Origin: Mixta intestinalis
GTDB taxonomy: Bacteria; Pseudomonadota; Gammaproteobacteria; Enterobacterales; Enterobacteriaceae
Length of the DNA stretch: 40,000 bases
NCBI RefSeq assembly: GCF_009914055.1
Contig: NZ_CP028271.1
Location: 3,614,402-3,654,401 of the forward strand
Direction of reading: 5' to 3'
Shown: positions 1 through 7,717 of the stretch, piece after piece
Layout of the letters: the number at the start of each line of letters is the position of its first letter
How positions within the stretch are numbered: the stretch's first letter is position 1
The notes under the pieces: model-generated
Told to the model about the DNA's origin: nothing
Databases searched by the model: none
Seen by the model: the letters and a program-made list of their open reading frames with translations, nothing else
Position numbers and translations under genes: made by a program

Positions 1-279
1 GTGCAACTGTTGCCGTTCAGCCAGATATCGGCAAAGGATGAGTTTCTTAACATCAAATCAGCAACGCGCAACGATTTGCGCGATGCTCACCGCACCCCTC
101 CGCAGCTGATGGGCGCAATGCCGGAAGGCAACGGCTCACTCGGTGATGTTGAGAAATCCGCGCGCGTATTCTTCATCAACGAAATGTTGCCTGTGATGGA
201 AGCCATGAAAGGCGTCAATGACTGGCTCGGCCAAGAAGTGATCCGCTTTAATCCTTACGCTCTGCTCAAAGACGAATAA
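1..279 (+). CDS. Phage portal protein, C-terminal fragment (P2 gpQ-like position). The 5' end is outside the window.
   Basis: The ORF is open from base 1, ends at 279 and converges on the cos-like region, as Q does in P2. I did not recognise a specific motif, so the call rests mainly on context. Confidence 0.5.
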   Translation: MQLLPFSQISAKDEFLNIKSATRNDLRDAHRTPPQLMGAMPEGNGSLGDVEKSARVFFINEMLPVMEAMKGVNDWLGQEVIRFNPYALLKDE

Positions 280-290
280 CCCGACCTACC

Positions 291-317
291 CGCCGCACAT
301 CCTGCGGCGATTCTCCT
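291..317 (+). terminator. Possible intrinsic terminator after the portal gene
   Basis: Stem CGCCGCA (291-297) / TGCGGCG (303-309) with a 5-nt loop, followed by ATTCTCCTT, which is a weak U-tract. Confidence 0.35.
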
Positions 318-647
318 TCAGTAATTTTCAATCCTCGTATGACCGGCCACCACCTTAGCACCACTCAGCACAACCTTTAACGCCCCTCACTCAAAGCGCA
401 TGAGCGCCATTCTGACAGGCGCAATCTGCAATTTACCCCGCACAAACCCGGAAGCGAGAAAACGCGCTGAGAAGGCGGAAAAGGCCGAATAATGGCAATT
501 AAAGGCACCCCCCTCCCTACCCCCTGTCGCGTGGGCTGTTCCCCCGTCACCTGCGCGCGACATTTGCTTCGTTTTTTGTGCATTTGCCGATCCTGAGCCA
601 GACCGCACCACCACAGGGCGGAAGGGGCATAAATAGCATCAAAAAAA

Positions 648-674
648 TTGTGCAAATTTGTGCACTATTGTGCA
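648..674. repeat. Three direct TTGTGCA repeats at exact 10-bp spacing, with a fourth copy at 576-582. Candidate protein-binding array.
   Basis: TTGTGCA occurs at 648-654, 658-664 and 668-674, one helical turn apart, immediately upstream of the -35 at 695. Confidence 0.6.
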
Positions 675-694
675 GCCAAAAAATGCCCATATAT

Positions 695-723
695 TTGACT
701 CCAGATTACCTTTGAGGTAATTT
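695..723 (+). promoter_or_regulatory. Sigma70-like promoter
   Basis: TTGACT (695-700), a 17-nt spacer, then TAATTT (718-723). Confidence 0.5.
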
Positions 724-778
724 TCAGCTACGCATGACTACAAAGCGTAGTCACCTCGGTACACCTAAGGGGGTTAAT

Positions 779-814
779 ATGAAAAGAGCATTTGACGAGT
801 TTGACGGCTTCTAA
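779..814 (+). CDS. 11-codon mini-ORF (MKRAFDEFDGF), a possible leader peptide or part of a small RNA
   Basis: Strong SD AAGGGGG (767-773) lies 5 nt before the ATG at 779. The stop is at 812-814, 20 nt before the terminator stem. It is too short to call as a gene on coding grounds. Confidence 0.25.
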   Translation: MKRAFDEFDGF

Positions 815-828
815 GCCGCACTAACCTC

Positions 829-847
829 TACGAGGCGGGGAAATTTA
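829..847. other. cos-like sequence, a candidate cohesive-end site
   Basis: CGAGGCGGGGAAA (831-843) matches 13 contiguous nt of the P2 19-nt cohesive end as I recall it (GGCGAGGCGGGGAAAGCAC). It sits between the converging portal and gpA genes, where cos is expected. Confidence 0.35.
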
Positions 848-860
848 CCCCGCCTTTTTT
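834..860 (+). terminator. Rho-independent terminator or attenuator
   Basis: Stem GGCGGGG (834-840) / CCCCGCC (848-854), a 7-nt loop, then T6 (855-860). Confidence 0.7.
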
Positions 861-864
861 ATGG

Positions 865-1377
865 ATGAAAAACATGACATTAGACGCCAACACCCTGCAA
901 ATCATAAGTAACGCTATTGTGCTACTCGGCGTTATCGTTGCCATCTGGACGATCGTCTACAACGTCCGTACCGCGAAGAAAACGCAAACCGCTAATTTTC
1001 TTTTCGAAAGCCGCCAGGATACGCAGTACATAGAGTCGCTACATGTCCTTAAGCAAGTGCATCGTTCAGGAAAATCTTTCCGCTCTTACGTCTTTCCATG
1101 CGACGGCAACAAGATCACCGAAGAGGAAATGATCGAACGCCGCAAGTTTCAGTACATCCTGAACTTTTACGAAAGGGTTGCCGTAAGTATCCGCGAAGGT
1201 ATTTATAACGAGCAGATGATCAAGCGGACGTCATACACCACCGTGATAGAAACCTACGATATTGCCGAACCCCTGATCAAAGCCATCAGGGAACACATCA
1301 AATCAGAGACCACCTATCAAGAGTTCGAATGGCTGGTGAAGCGGTGGAAAGCTAAACCGCTTAAGAAAAATAAATAA
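865..1377 (+). CDS. Membrane-anchored protein of unknown function, DUF4760-like. Candidate prophage cargo or exclusion gene.
   Basis: 170-aa ORF with one N-terminal hydrophobic helix (IISNAIVLLGVIVAIWTIVY) and a soluble helical domain containing LNFYERVAVSIREGIYNEQMI, which I recall as DUF4760-like. An alternative start at 874 has a weak GGATGA SD. The ORF is followed by a strong terminator. Confidence 0.75.
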   Translation: MKNMTLDANTLQIISNAIVLLGVIVAIWTIVYNVRTAKKTQTANFLFESRQDTQYIESLHVLKQVHRSGKSFRSYVFPCDGNKITEEEMIERRKFQYILNFYERVAVSIREGIYNEQMIKRTSYTTVIETYDIAEPLIKAIREHIKSETTYQEFEWLVKRWKAKPLKKNK

Positions 1378-1393
1378 CCATCGTCATTGAAGA

Positions 1394-1419
1394 AGCCGCC
1401 AGCCAGGCGGCTTTTTTTT
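1394..1419. terminator. Bidirectional intrinsic terminator shared by convergent genes
   Basis: Stem AGCCGCC (1394-1400) / GGCGGCT (1406-1412), then a T-run to 1419. The stop of the minus-strand methylase is at 1418-1420. Confidence 0.8.
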
Positions 1420-2116
1420 ACTGCCCTGCATCGACCTCGTTAAGCGCCACCATGATCGCCAGCCGTTCAGCAGGTGGAAGAGCTGCATATTTCGCGCGCC
1501 AGCGCTCAACCTTGCGCTTTATCCGGTGCCTGTCGTTGTAATCTTTTCCGGCAAACGCGTGGGAATACGCGCGTCCCTCTGGGTAATTCATCCAGATTTT
1601 TTCTGTTCGCACCCCGCCGCGCGTCATGGCCTGAAATTCTTTGCTGCGCCACCCCGCTAACGTTTCGTCATAAAGCTGCGACGGGTAGCCAGACAGGATA
1701 ACGCTGACATTTTCCGGTAGGCTCATAAGGCAGGCCAAAAGACGCTCATGATCGGCAACGGTATATTCATGACGGTAGCGGGCGCGACTGGTGCGCGTTT
1801 CAGGCAGATAGGGAGGATCGGAATAAACCAGCACGCGGCCATGTTGAGTAAAGTCTTCTCTTTCCAGAAAGCCTACCGCATCACCGTGATATAGATTCCA
1901 CCGAGGCGGCGTTTTCCCCATCTTTGACCAGCGATCCCGCGTTAATTTGAAAGCATTTTCATCCACATCAATTCCAATCGTCCTGGCTGCAAGCGGCTTG
2001 AAATACATCACCGCACCGCTGCCCAAGTGTGTTTCAATGTAGGTATCATGCGGGGGCATTTCAGCAATGATTTTCTGATAAACACCGCTACCGCCTTTAC
2101 TCCCTAAATAACTCAT
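1418..2116 (-). CDS. Orphan N6-adenine DNA methyltransferase (D12/Dam-class fold)
   Basis: YLGSKGG...IIAEMPPHDTYIETHLGSGAV (AdoMet-binding region) and SDPPYLP (catalytic DPPY). I chose the start at the ATG at 2116 (MSYLGSK), which has GAGG 8 nt upstream. The longer ORF to 2218 lacks an SD. Confidence 0.85.
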   Translation of the reverse strand: MSYLGSKGGSGVYQKIIAEMPPHDTYIETHLGSGAVMYFKPLAARTIGIDVDENAFKLTRDRWSKMGKTPPRWNLYHGDAVGFLEREDFTQHGRVLVYSDPPYLPETRTSRARYRHEYTVADHERLLACLMSLPENVSVILSGYPSQLYDETLAGWRSKEFQAMTRGGVRTEKIWMNYPEGRAYSHAFAGKDYNDRHRIKRKVERWRAKYAALPPAERLAIMVALNEVDAGQ

Positions 2117-2303
2117 CCGTAAAACCTCACGTTGCAGCTGCACTGCTAAAAATGACTGTGCTCGATGTGTATGGCCAACATTGCCAAATCTGACAGTGCG
2201 GTACCCAATGAGCGCCACTTAGTGGCGCTAGCGGACTCTTTGCCGCCCGCGCCCGCAGAATCGCCACTCCCCGCGCAACAAGTTGCGCAGGTCATAACGA
2301 TTG

Positions 2304-2489
2304 TCACCAAACCCATTGGATCAGCACCTCAAATAGCGCCTCACCAACGGCCCGAACACAGATCCAGGCGAATAAAGTCACCGCTGCCGCAATCCATGCC
2401 GCCCGGCGCTTTGCTGGTACGTTTGTCCGCATCCAGTCATAGGCCGAAACCGCCAGCAAAAAGCCGATAACATCCAGAATCGTTTTCAT
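2304..2489 (-). CDS. Small two-helix membrane protein (61 aa)
   Basis: MKTILDVIGFLLAVSAYDW...AAWIAAAVTLFAWICV. SD AGAGAGGAAAAATG. It starts 10 nt after the gpA stop. Confidence 0.6.
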   Translation of the reverse strand: MKTILDVIGFLLAVSAYDWMRTNVPAKRRAAWIAAAVTLFAWICVRAVGEALFEVLIQWVW

Positions 2490-2499
2490 TTTTCCTCTC

Positions 2500-5190
2500 T
2501 TACCCCTCGTTATCTTCTGACTTAACCGCTGCTTTCCATCGGTCAACCAGCTCACCAACCTTGTGTTTGGATATGGATTTACGCCACGGCTGATCGGTAC
2601 CGGCGATAATCAACTCACCTGTAACCGGATGCGCGCGATACACGGTATCGAGTACCGTCACTTCATTACCGCGCGCCAGTTGAATGGCCTGCGGTTTACT
2701 GATCTGTACCTTCTTAACCTGCGCCCATGACTGAACCAGCCCAGCCAGACCAGCAATTGCCGGTGATAAAACTTGCTCTTGCTGCCTGATCGCATGGGCT
2801 GCTTTGAGGTAACTTTCCGCCCGCTGGGTGTCATATTCGGAACAGTCGCCGCTGGTAATGCTGCGCGCCAGCTCCTCAAACTCATCAGCAGGCGATTTCT
2901 GCCGCCTCGGTTTGTGGTTATGAAGGCTTTCACGTACCTGTTTTCGCTGTTCCTGGGTCAACTTACCGATCTCAAACTGTTCCGGCCCTTCCCGCTCAGC
3001 TGGCACTGTCATTAATGACGGTGATCCGGGCGGTGAATTTGTTCGTTTTTTGACCTCAGTACAGTTATTGACACGAGTCCTAGAGGGCGCGGACGCGCCC
3101 CGAAGGTCAAAATCAAAGTCAACGGCCTGCCCGGAGTCGTCCAGAATCTCCGGTTTCTTACGCACGATGCGGTAGGAATGCAGACGGGTTTCAATCGGTG
3201 GCAGGAAGGTGTGGGGCATCACCAGCCCTTTGATAAGGTTCTGATACTCGCCGTGGTCGTTTGGTTGGTCTTTCTGTTGATACCAGATGCGAAGCGGTAA
3301 CTTACGCCGGGCAACCAACGCCCCGCCCTGCAATTGGGTATATTGCTGCCAGTCGCCAGCATCCGCTGCGCGGTGCAGCTCAGCAAACAGCGGGTTTATC
3401 TTGTCGGCCTGCTCCTGATTGCGGAACCGGCGCAGCTCACGCCAGACAGATACCGGCGCACCGCCCAAAAACTGAAACTGACGGATGCCCCAGCACGATG
3501 CCCAGGCGGTAGCGTGTTTTGATGTTTCTTTCAGCGGCCTGCCGCTCTCGTCGTCGGTTTCACCGTCGAGCGCGTAGCCGTCAATATTCTTACTGATGTA
3601 CTTCACCACGTAACCGGTGGCGCTGCCGATTTCCTGATCGATCGGCTTCATATCAAAACGAGGCTGATTGCCGTGCTTACCCTGTAACTCTTCCGCATCC
3701 TCGCGGGTGGCATAGTCTTCCATCACTTCCAGCAGTTCGGCGGAATGTTCCGGCAGGGAGAACAGCAGGCCGTGCCAGTGCGGCGTACCATCGTGGTGAG
3801 ACTCAGCCACCCGCAAACCAAAGACCGGAATTTCACGGCGGGCCAGCTCAGCGCGGATCTGTTGCCATACCCGATTAAGATAACGCTGCGTGGTTCTTGG
3901 GCTGGCACCATTCCATTTGGCATTACGATGACCGAATACGGTATATGCGTGGTATTTGGATGGTGCTGTCAGAGTAAAAAATTGGCCCGCGTAGCCGCTT
4001 TCGGTGGCAACTTTCTCAAAGCCGCCGATACGGGTCATAAGTTCAACGCGGCGCAATGCCGGGTTAGATATGCTCTTATCGATCTGCTCAATAAGCGAAA
4101 TACGCTCTTTGGTGTCCTGGTCTTCCAGCTCAAGACGGGCCATGATCGCGCGGCTGCGCTTGCGTCTGGCATCCCACTCATCAACGTGGTGCTTACTGCA
4201 ATACGGCGCAGCACCTCGCTTTACATCACCAAAGGCAATATGCAGGTGCTCACGCCAGCGCGCGGCGTACTTTTTCAGGTTACGGTGCCAGTAGCGATCA
4301 TCCAGCATTTTGCTAATGCCAGTAGTTGCCTCATCAATAAACAGCGCACCCCGGCAATACTTTGCCCAGCTCGGAGGCGTCAGGAAGAAAAGCCGCGCGA
4401 GGATAGCCGCTTCGGTGTAAAGGTATCCGGCATATTTCCTATCACTCTGAGTCTCTACCGTTTCGTGAACTTCACTCAGCACAGACCGCATATAGATAGC
4501 GATATCCTGCGCCAGCAGCTCAACATCTTCCGGCGTGAAGTCCGGCAGGTGGTTAAAGCGCTCAACCAATCCATGCAGAGTGTTAAACGTGTGGTAAAGC
4601 GGGTTTAACCCTTTGAATGCTGTATCAGCCTGAGATTTAGCCTCATCGGTCATCGCAATAGCGTATTGCTCATTCACCATGTTGATAGGTGGCAGATCCC
4701 TGCGGATGATATCGCGCAGCGCCAAACGGGCTATGTGCCTGCCCTTCATGGTGTGAATGCTATCAATGCGGGAAGCCAGACGCAGGCGAATAAAGCGAGG
4801 TAGCGGCGCAAGGGTGACTTTCACCCACGCCAAAAACTCCTGTTCTTGACCCAGCTCGACTAGATCAACAACGGGAGTTTTATCAACACAAATAGCGGGA
4901 TGGGGCTTGCTCCAATCGCAGCAATCAACCGCGCTTTGGTAGTCTAAAGTGACTTTATCCCCAGCCCTTACTGCATTGGCTTCGCATTCTGAATAACGCA
5001 CCAAATAAGTTGGTGCAGCGCCTGCTTTTCCGACCAGCTCAACGCCGATTAGCCACGACTGCCCAACCTTTTTTTTATTCAGTACACGCCGAATCACAAA
5101 GCATGATGATTTCCGGGCGGCGTCTGGCGCGCTACCCGGAAACGCAGGGGGATATGAAGGTGAGCAGCGCCCACTTGCTGCGGTGGTCAT
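2500..5190 (-). CDS. Replication initiation endonuclease, P2 gpA family (rolling-circle nickase)
   Basis: APSKYH, ESHHDGTPHWHGLLF (HUH-type metal motif), YVVKYISKNIDGYALDG (active-site Tyr pair) and RPLKETSKHATAWAS. The N-terminus ASGRCSPSYPPAF resembles the P2 A N-terminus. ATGA overlap with the upstream gene. At 896 aa it is longer than P2 A as I recall it. Confidence 0.92.
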   Translation of the reverse strand: MTTAASGRCSPSYPPAFPGSAPDAARKSSCFVIRRVLNKKKVGQSWLIGVELVGKAGAAPTYLVRYSECEANAVRAGDKVTLDYQSAVDCCDWSKPHPAICVDKTPVVDLVELGQEQEFLAWVKVTLAPLPRFIRLRLASRIDSIHTMKGRHIARLALRDIIRRDLPPINMVNEQYAIAMTDEAKSQADTAFKGLNPLYHTFNTLHGLVERFNHLPDFTPEDVELLAQDIAIYMRSVLSEVHETVETQSDRKYAGYLYTEAAILARLFFLTPPSWAKYCRGALFIDEATTGISKMLDDRYWHRNLKKYAARWREHLHIAFGDVKRGAAPYCSKHHVDEWDARRKRSRAIMARLELEDQDTKERISLIEQIDKSISNPALRRVELMTRIGGFEKVATESGYAGQFFTLTAPSKYHAYTVFGHRNAKWNGASPRTTQRYLNRVWQQIRAELARREIPVFGLRVAESHHDGTPHWHGLLFSLPEHSAELLEVMEDYATREDAEELQGKHGNQPRFDMKPIDQEIGSATGYVVKYISKNIDGYALDGETDDESGRPLKETSKHATAWASCWGIRQFQFLGGAPVSVWRELRRFRNQEQADKINPLFAELHRAADAGDWQQYTQLQGGALVARRKLPLRIWYQQKDQPNDHGEYQNLIKGLVMPHTFLPPIETRLHSYRIVRKKPEILDDSGQAVDFDFDLRGASAPSRTRVNNCTEVKKRTNSPPGSPSLMTVPAEREGPEQFEIGKLTQEQRKQVRESLHNHKPRRQKSPADEFEELARSITSGDCSEYDTQRAESYLKAAHAIRQQEQVLSPAIAGLAGLVQSWAQVKKVQISKPQAIQLARGNEVTVLDTVYRAHPVTGELIIAGTDQPWRKSISKHKVGELVDRWKAAVKSEDNEG

Positions 5191-6192
5191 CGAGCACTAT
5201 CCAGATATGCAGCTATGAACGCTTCCGCGACCGGCGCAACGATGGCATTACCGTAGGCGCGCAACTGGCCCACTCTTCCGGCAACCCCATCAACCAGCGG
5301 CTTAAGTCCGGGTTTAACTGGCCTCCACTTTCCATCCCGGCAGAAAACCCAGTCAGAACCTGCCCAGAATCCACCAACCGCATTGGTGAGGCCATCCGTG
5401 CCGCACCGCCCAGAGTTGTGCCCCTCGATGGGTGGTTTGCCGCCGCCCCCCATCCCTGCAACCTGATTGTTGCCTATCGTTGTCGGTGTAGGCCAGCCCG
5501 CTAATTGTGCTGTCACATCCAACCGATCCGTTGACAGTTTCCCGTTGCGAATCCTGCCACCCAGATAACCGCCCTTCCCGTCCGTCGCTGTTGGTGTCGG
5601 CCACCCGGCTAATACAACTGCCGTTTGCAAATTCAATCCGCCCTTCCTCCCCGCATTCGACGGGTGTTTCCATGAATTGGCTGTCGGCGTCGGCCACCCA
5701 GAAGAGGCGCTGTCTGATGTGCGGGGCACCGAAGCCCGCAGCGCAGAGATCGAAACCTGCAAAGGCGTAAGCCGCGTTTTCCAGCTTAGCTTGTACATCG
5801 TCGAGCCAATCAAGGCCGTCTTTGCTCGCAACCTGTTCGCCAAAGATAGCGTTAGGCTGGCACTCCGAAATAAGACGAAACCATGCGGGGAAAAGGTGGC
5901 GTTTATCGCTTTTTCCTTTTTTTGATCCACAGACACTGAAAGGCTGGCATGGGCATGAGCCTGTCCAAACTGGTCGATCATCGGGCCATCCTGCCCGGCG
6001 CAAGGCGTAAGACCAGACGCCGATACCGGCAAAGAAGTGGCATTGTGTGAATCCTTTAAGGTCATTTGCGGTTACTTCCTCAATAGAACGAGTGTCAACG
6101 ACGCCGGGGGCAATATGTCCCGCGTCGATCAGGTTGCGCAGCCACTGCGCAGCGAAGGGATCGATCTCGTTGTAATAAGCCGTCACAATCAC
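5187..6192 (-). pseudogene. C5-cytosine DNA methyltransferase split across two reading frames. This could be a frameshift, a sequencing error, or a naturally two-part enzyme.
   Basis: The frame starting at GTG 6192 carries FAGIGV (motif I), SCPCQPFS (motif IV), FGEQV (motif VI-like) and APHIRQRLFWVA (motif VIII). The +1 frame carries 3x GWPTPT, FWAGSDWVFCRDGKWRPV and YGNAIV (motif X), ending at 5187. Both frames stay open over about 5353-6065. Confidence 0.8.
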
Positions 6193-7079
6193 GCCCCCTC
6201 AGCACACTGCCCGCAGCTCTCACAGTTCCCGCAACCACCTGCCGGGCATCCTTCAACGATGCCCAAAGTGCCGATCACCTCTTTGGCCTTCTGGCGGTTG
6301 CTGGCGTCAGTGCTAACGGAGCGTTGCACATCGATTTCATGCAGGCGGAAGCGGTGGTAAATCTCGCGGGTGGTTTCGGTGTCGCTATTGGAAATGACAA
6401 CCGGCGCGCCATATTTGCGGTTCACTTCCAGCAACTCCGCCGCTAACTGGCGGTGGTTCTTCTCGGTGAATGGCTCGGTGTGGTATTGGGTGAAATTGGC
6501 GGTTTCGCTGGCAGGCAGGTACGGCGGATCGCAGTAGATGGCTTCATCCGTTCCAACCATCACTTTGAGGGTGTTTTGAAACGAGCTGCACAGAAAAATA
6601 GCTTTGGTGTCGTTGGCCTTCTCAGCAAACTGGCGGATCTCCGCCTCCGGGAAGTAAGGCGCGCTTTTGTGCTGACCAAACGGCACGTTATAACCGCCGC
6701 TCTGGTTGTAACGCACCACGCCGTTGTAGCCGTGGCGGTTGAGGTAGAGAAACAGGGCCGCGCGGGCCACATCAAGCAAACCTTTTGTACCGTTGAAAAT
6801 GCGGCGATTCTGTAAATATTCCTCTTTGGAATTGCCGGTCGCAAAGAGCGGGCGCGCAAGATCAATCACCAGCTCAGGATTGCTTTTGACCTCACGATAA
6901 AGGCGGATCAGATCTGGGTTGATATCCGCAAGGATGTAGCGGCGATAATCGGTATTGAGGAAAACGGAAGCGCCGCCAACAAAAGGCTCAACGAGGCAAC
7001 CAGCCTTTGGTAAATGCGGGAGTAATTCAGGCATCACGCGGCTTTTGCCACCTGGCCATTTGAGGAGGGAACGGATCAT
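6189..7079 (-). CDS. dam: DNA adenine methyltransferase, close Dam (GATC-type) homologue with a Cys-rich C-terminal tail
   Basis: LKWPGGK, CLVEPFVGGASVFLNTDYRRYILADIN, LYLNRHGYNGVVRYN and YCDPPYLP are near-collinear with E. coli Dam as I recall it. GTGA overlap with the downstream gene and ATGA overlap with the upstream gene. Confidence 0.9.
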   Translation of the reverse strand: MIRSLLKWPGGKSRVMPELLPHLPKAGCLVEPFVGGASVFLNTDYRRYILADINPDLIRLYREVKSNPELVIDLARPLFATGNSKEEYLQNRRIFNGTKGLLDVARAALFLYLNRHGYNGVVRYNQSGGYNVPFGQHKSAPYFPEAEIRQFAEKANDTKAIFLCSSFQNTLKVMVGTDEAIYCDPPYLPASETANFTQYHTEPFTEKNHRQLAAELLEVNRKYGAPVVISNSDTETTREIYHRFRLHEIDVQRSVSTDASNRQKAKEVIGTLGIVEGCPAGGCGNCESCGQCAEGA

Positions 7080-7648
7080 AATGCCGCCCCCGTAGCGTCT
7101 TTTGCTGCGAGGCTTTTTAGATTGTCTGAGAGCTGGGCGATCTGATTCAACACATCGGCGGCAGCATTGTGCTTTGCACAGTCAACAATGCGTTTTGAAG
7201 AATATCCGCAGACAGTTAGAGCTACCTCTTCAACCGTTCGAACGTCGCGGACATTCCAGAAATTCCAGACCGGGCTTAAATCTACACCGCGCAGGGCGTT
7301 GTAGATGATCGGCATATCGTAATCAGTACCGCGCGCCCAAACTTTCGCGCTCGCCTGATCACAATTTCTCAGGATAAACATATTTAATTCACTGAGAGCT
7401 ACAGGGAGGGAGTCAGCCCCTTCTTTCGTTACCTCCGCTCGTACTTCTCCCGACTGCTTAAACCACCATTTAATTGTTTCAGCGCCCAGCGTTCCGCCGA
7501 ATGCTTCACTACTTTCAATAGCAATGCGCCGGTACATTGAGGCGAAAACTTCACCTGACATAGGGTCAAAGATTGCCGCAGCAATAGACGCAATCGCCGC
7601 AGTCGGCTTGTTATCCATGGCTTCAATATCAATCATTACGTGCTTCAT
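7076..7648 (-). CDS. 3'-5' exonuclease, DEDD (DnaQ-like) fold
   Basis: MIDIEAMD (ExoI D-x-E), a central GTDYD and the C-terminal HNAAADV (ExoIII H-x4-D). SD AGGAG lies 9 nt upstream. Confidence 0.7.
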   Translation of the reverse strand: MKHVMIDIEAMDNKPTAAIASIAAAIFDPMSGEVFASMYRRIAIESSEAFGGTLGAETIKWWFKQSGEVRAEVTKEGADSLPVALSELNMFILRNCDQASAKVWARGTDYDMPIIYNALRGVDLSPVWNFWNVRDVRTVEEVALTVCGYSSKRIVDCAKHNAAADVLNQIAQLSDNLKSLAAKDATGAAL

Positions 7649-7717
7649 CTTGCTTTCTCCTGGGTGCAGGAAGCCCGGCGCGGTGATGCGCCTGACTACT
7701 GGTTAATCATTCAGTGG

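Noticed and set aside
377-655. Two overlapping minus-strand ORFs (92 aa and 75 aa) in the cos-proximal region
   Set aside because: They overlap each other in different frames, have no SD, have low-complexity Gly/Arg/Ala-rich translations, and lie in a region that is expected to be non-coding between portal and cos.
2088-2095. GGCGGTAG (ops/JUMPstart-like core) on the minus strand
   Set aside because: It lies inside the methylase coding sequence (codons KGGSG). The flanking bases do not fit the full ops consensus and no JUMPstart context is present. No ops element was found upstream of the waa operons either.
3745-4608. 287-aa plus-strand ORF
   Set aside because: It is entirely antisense to the well-supported gpA gene. 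The translation is Arg/Leu-rich with no motifs, which is the typical shadow ORF of a GC-rich gene.
5010-5504. 164-aa plus-strand ORF spanning the gpA/methylase junction
   Set aside because: It is antisense to two supported genes and has no SD or motifs.
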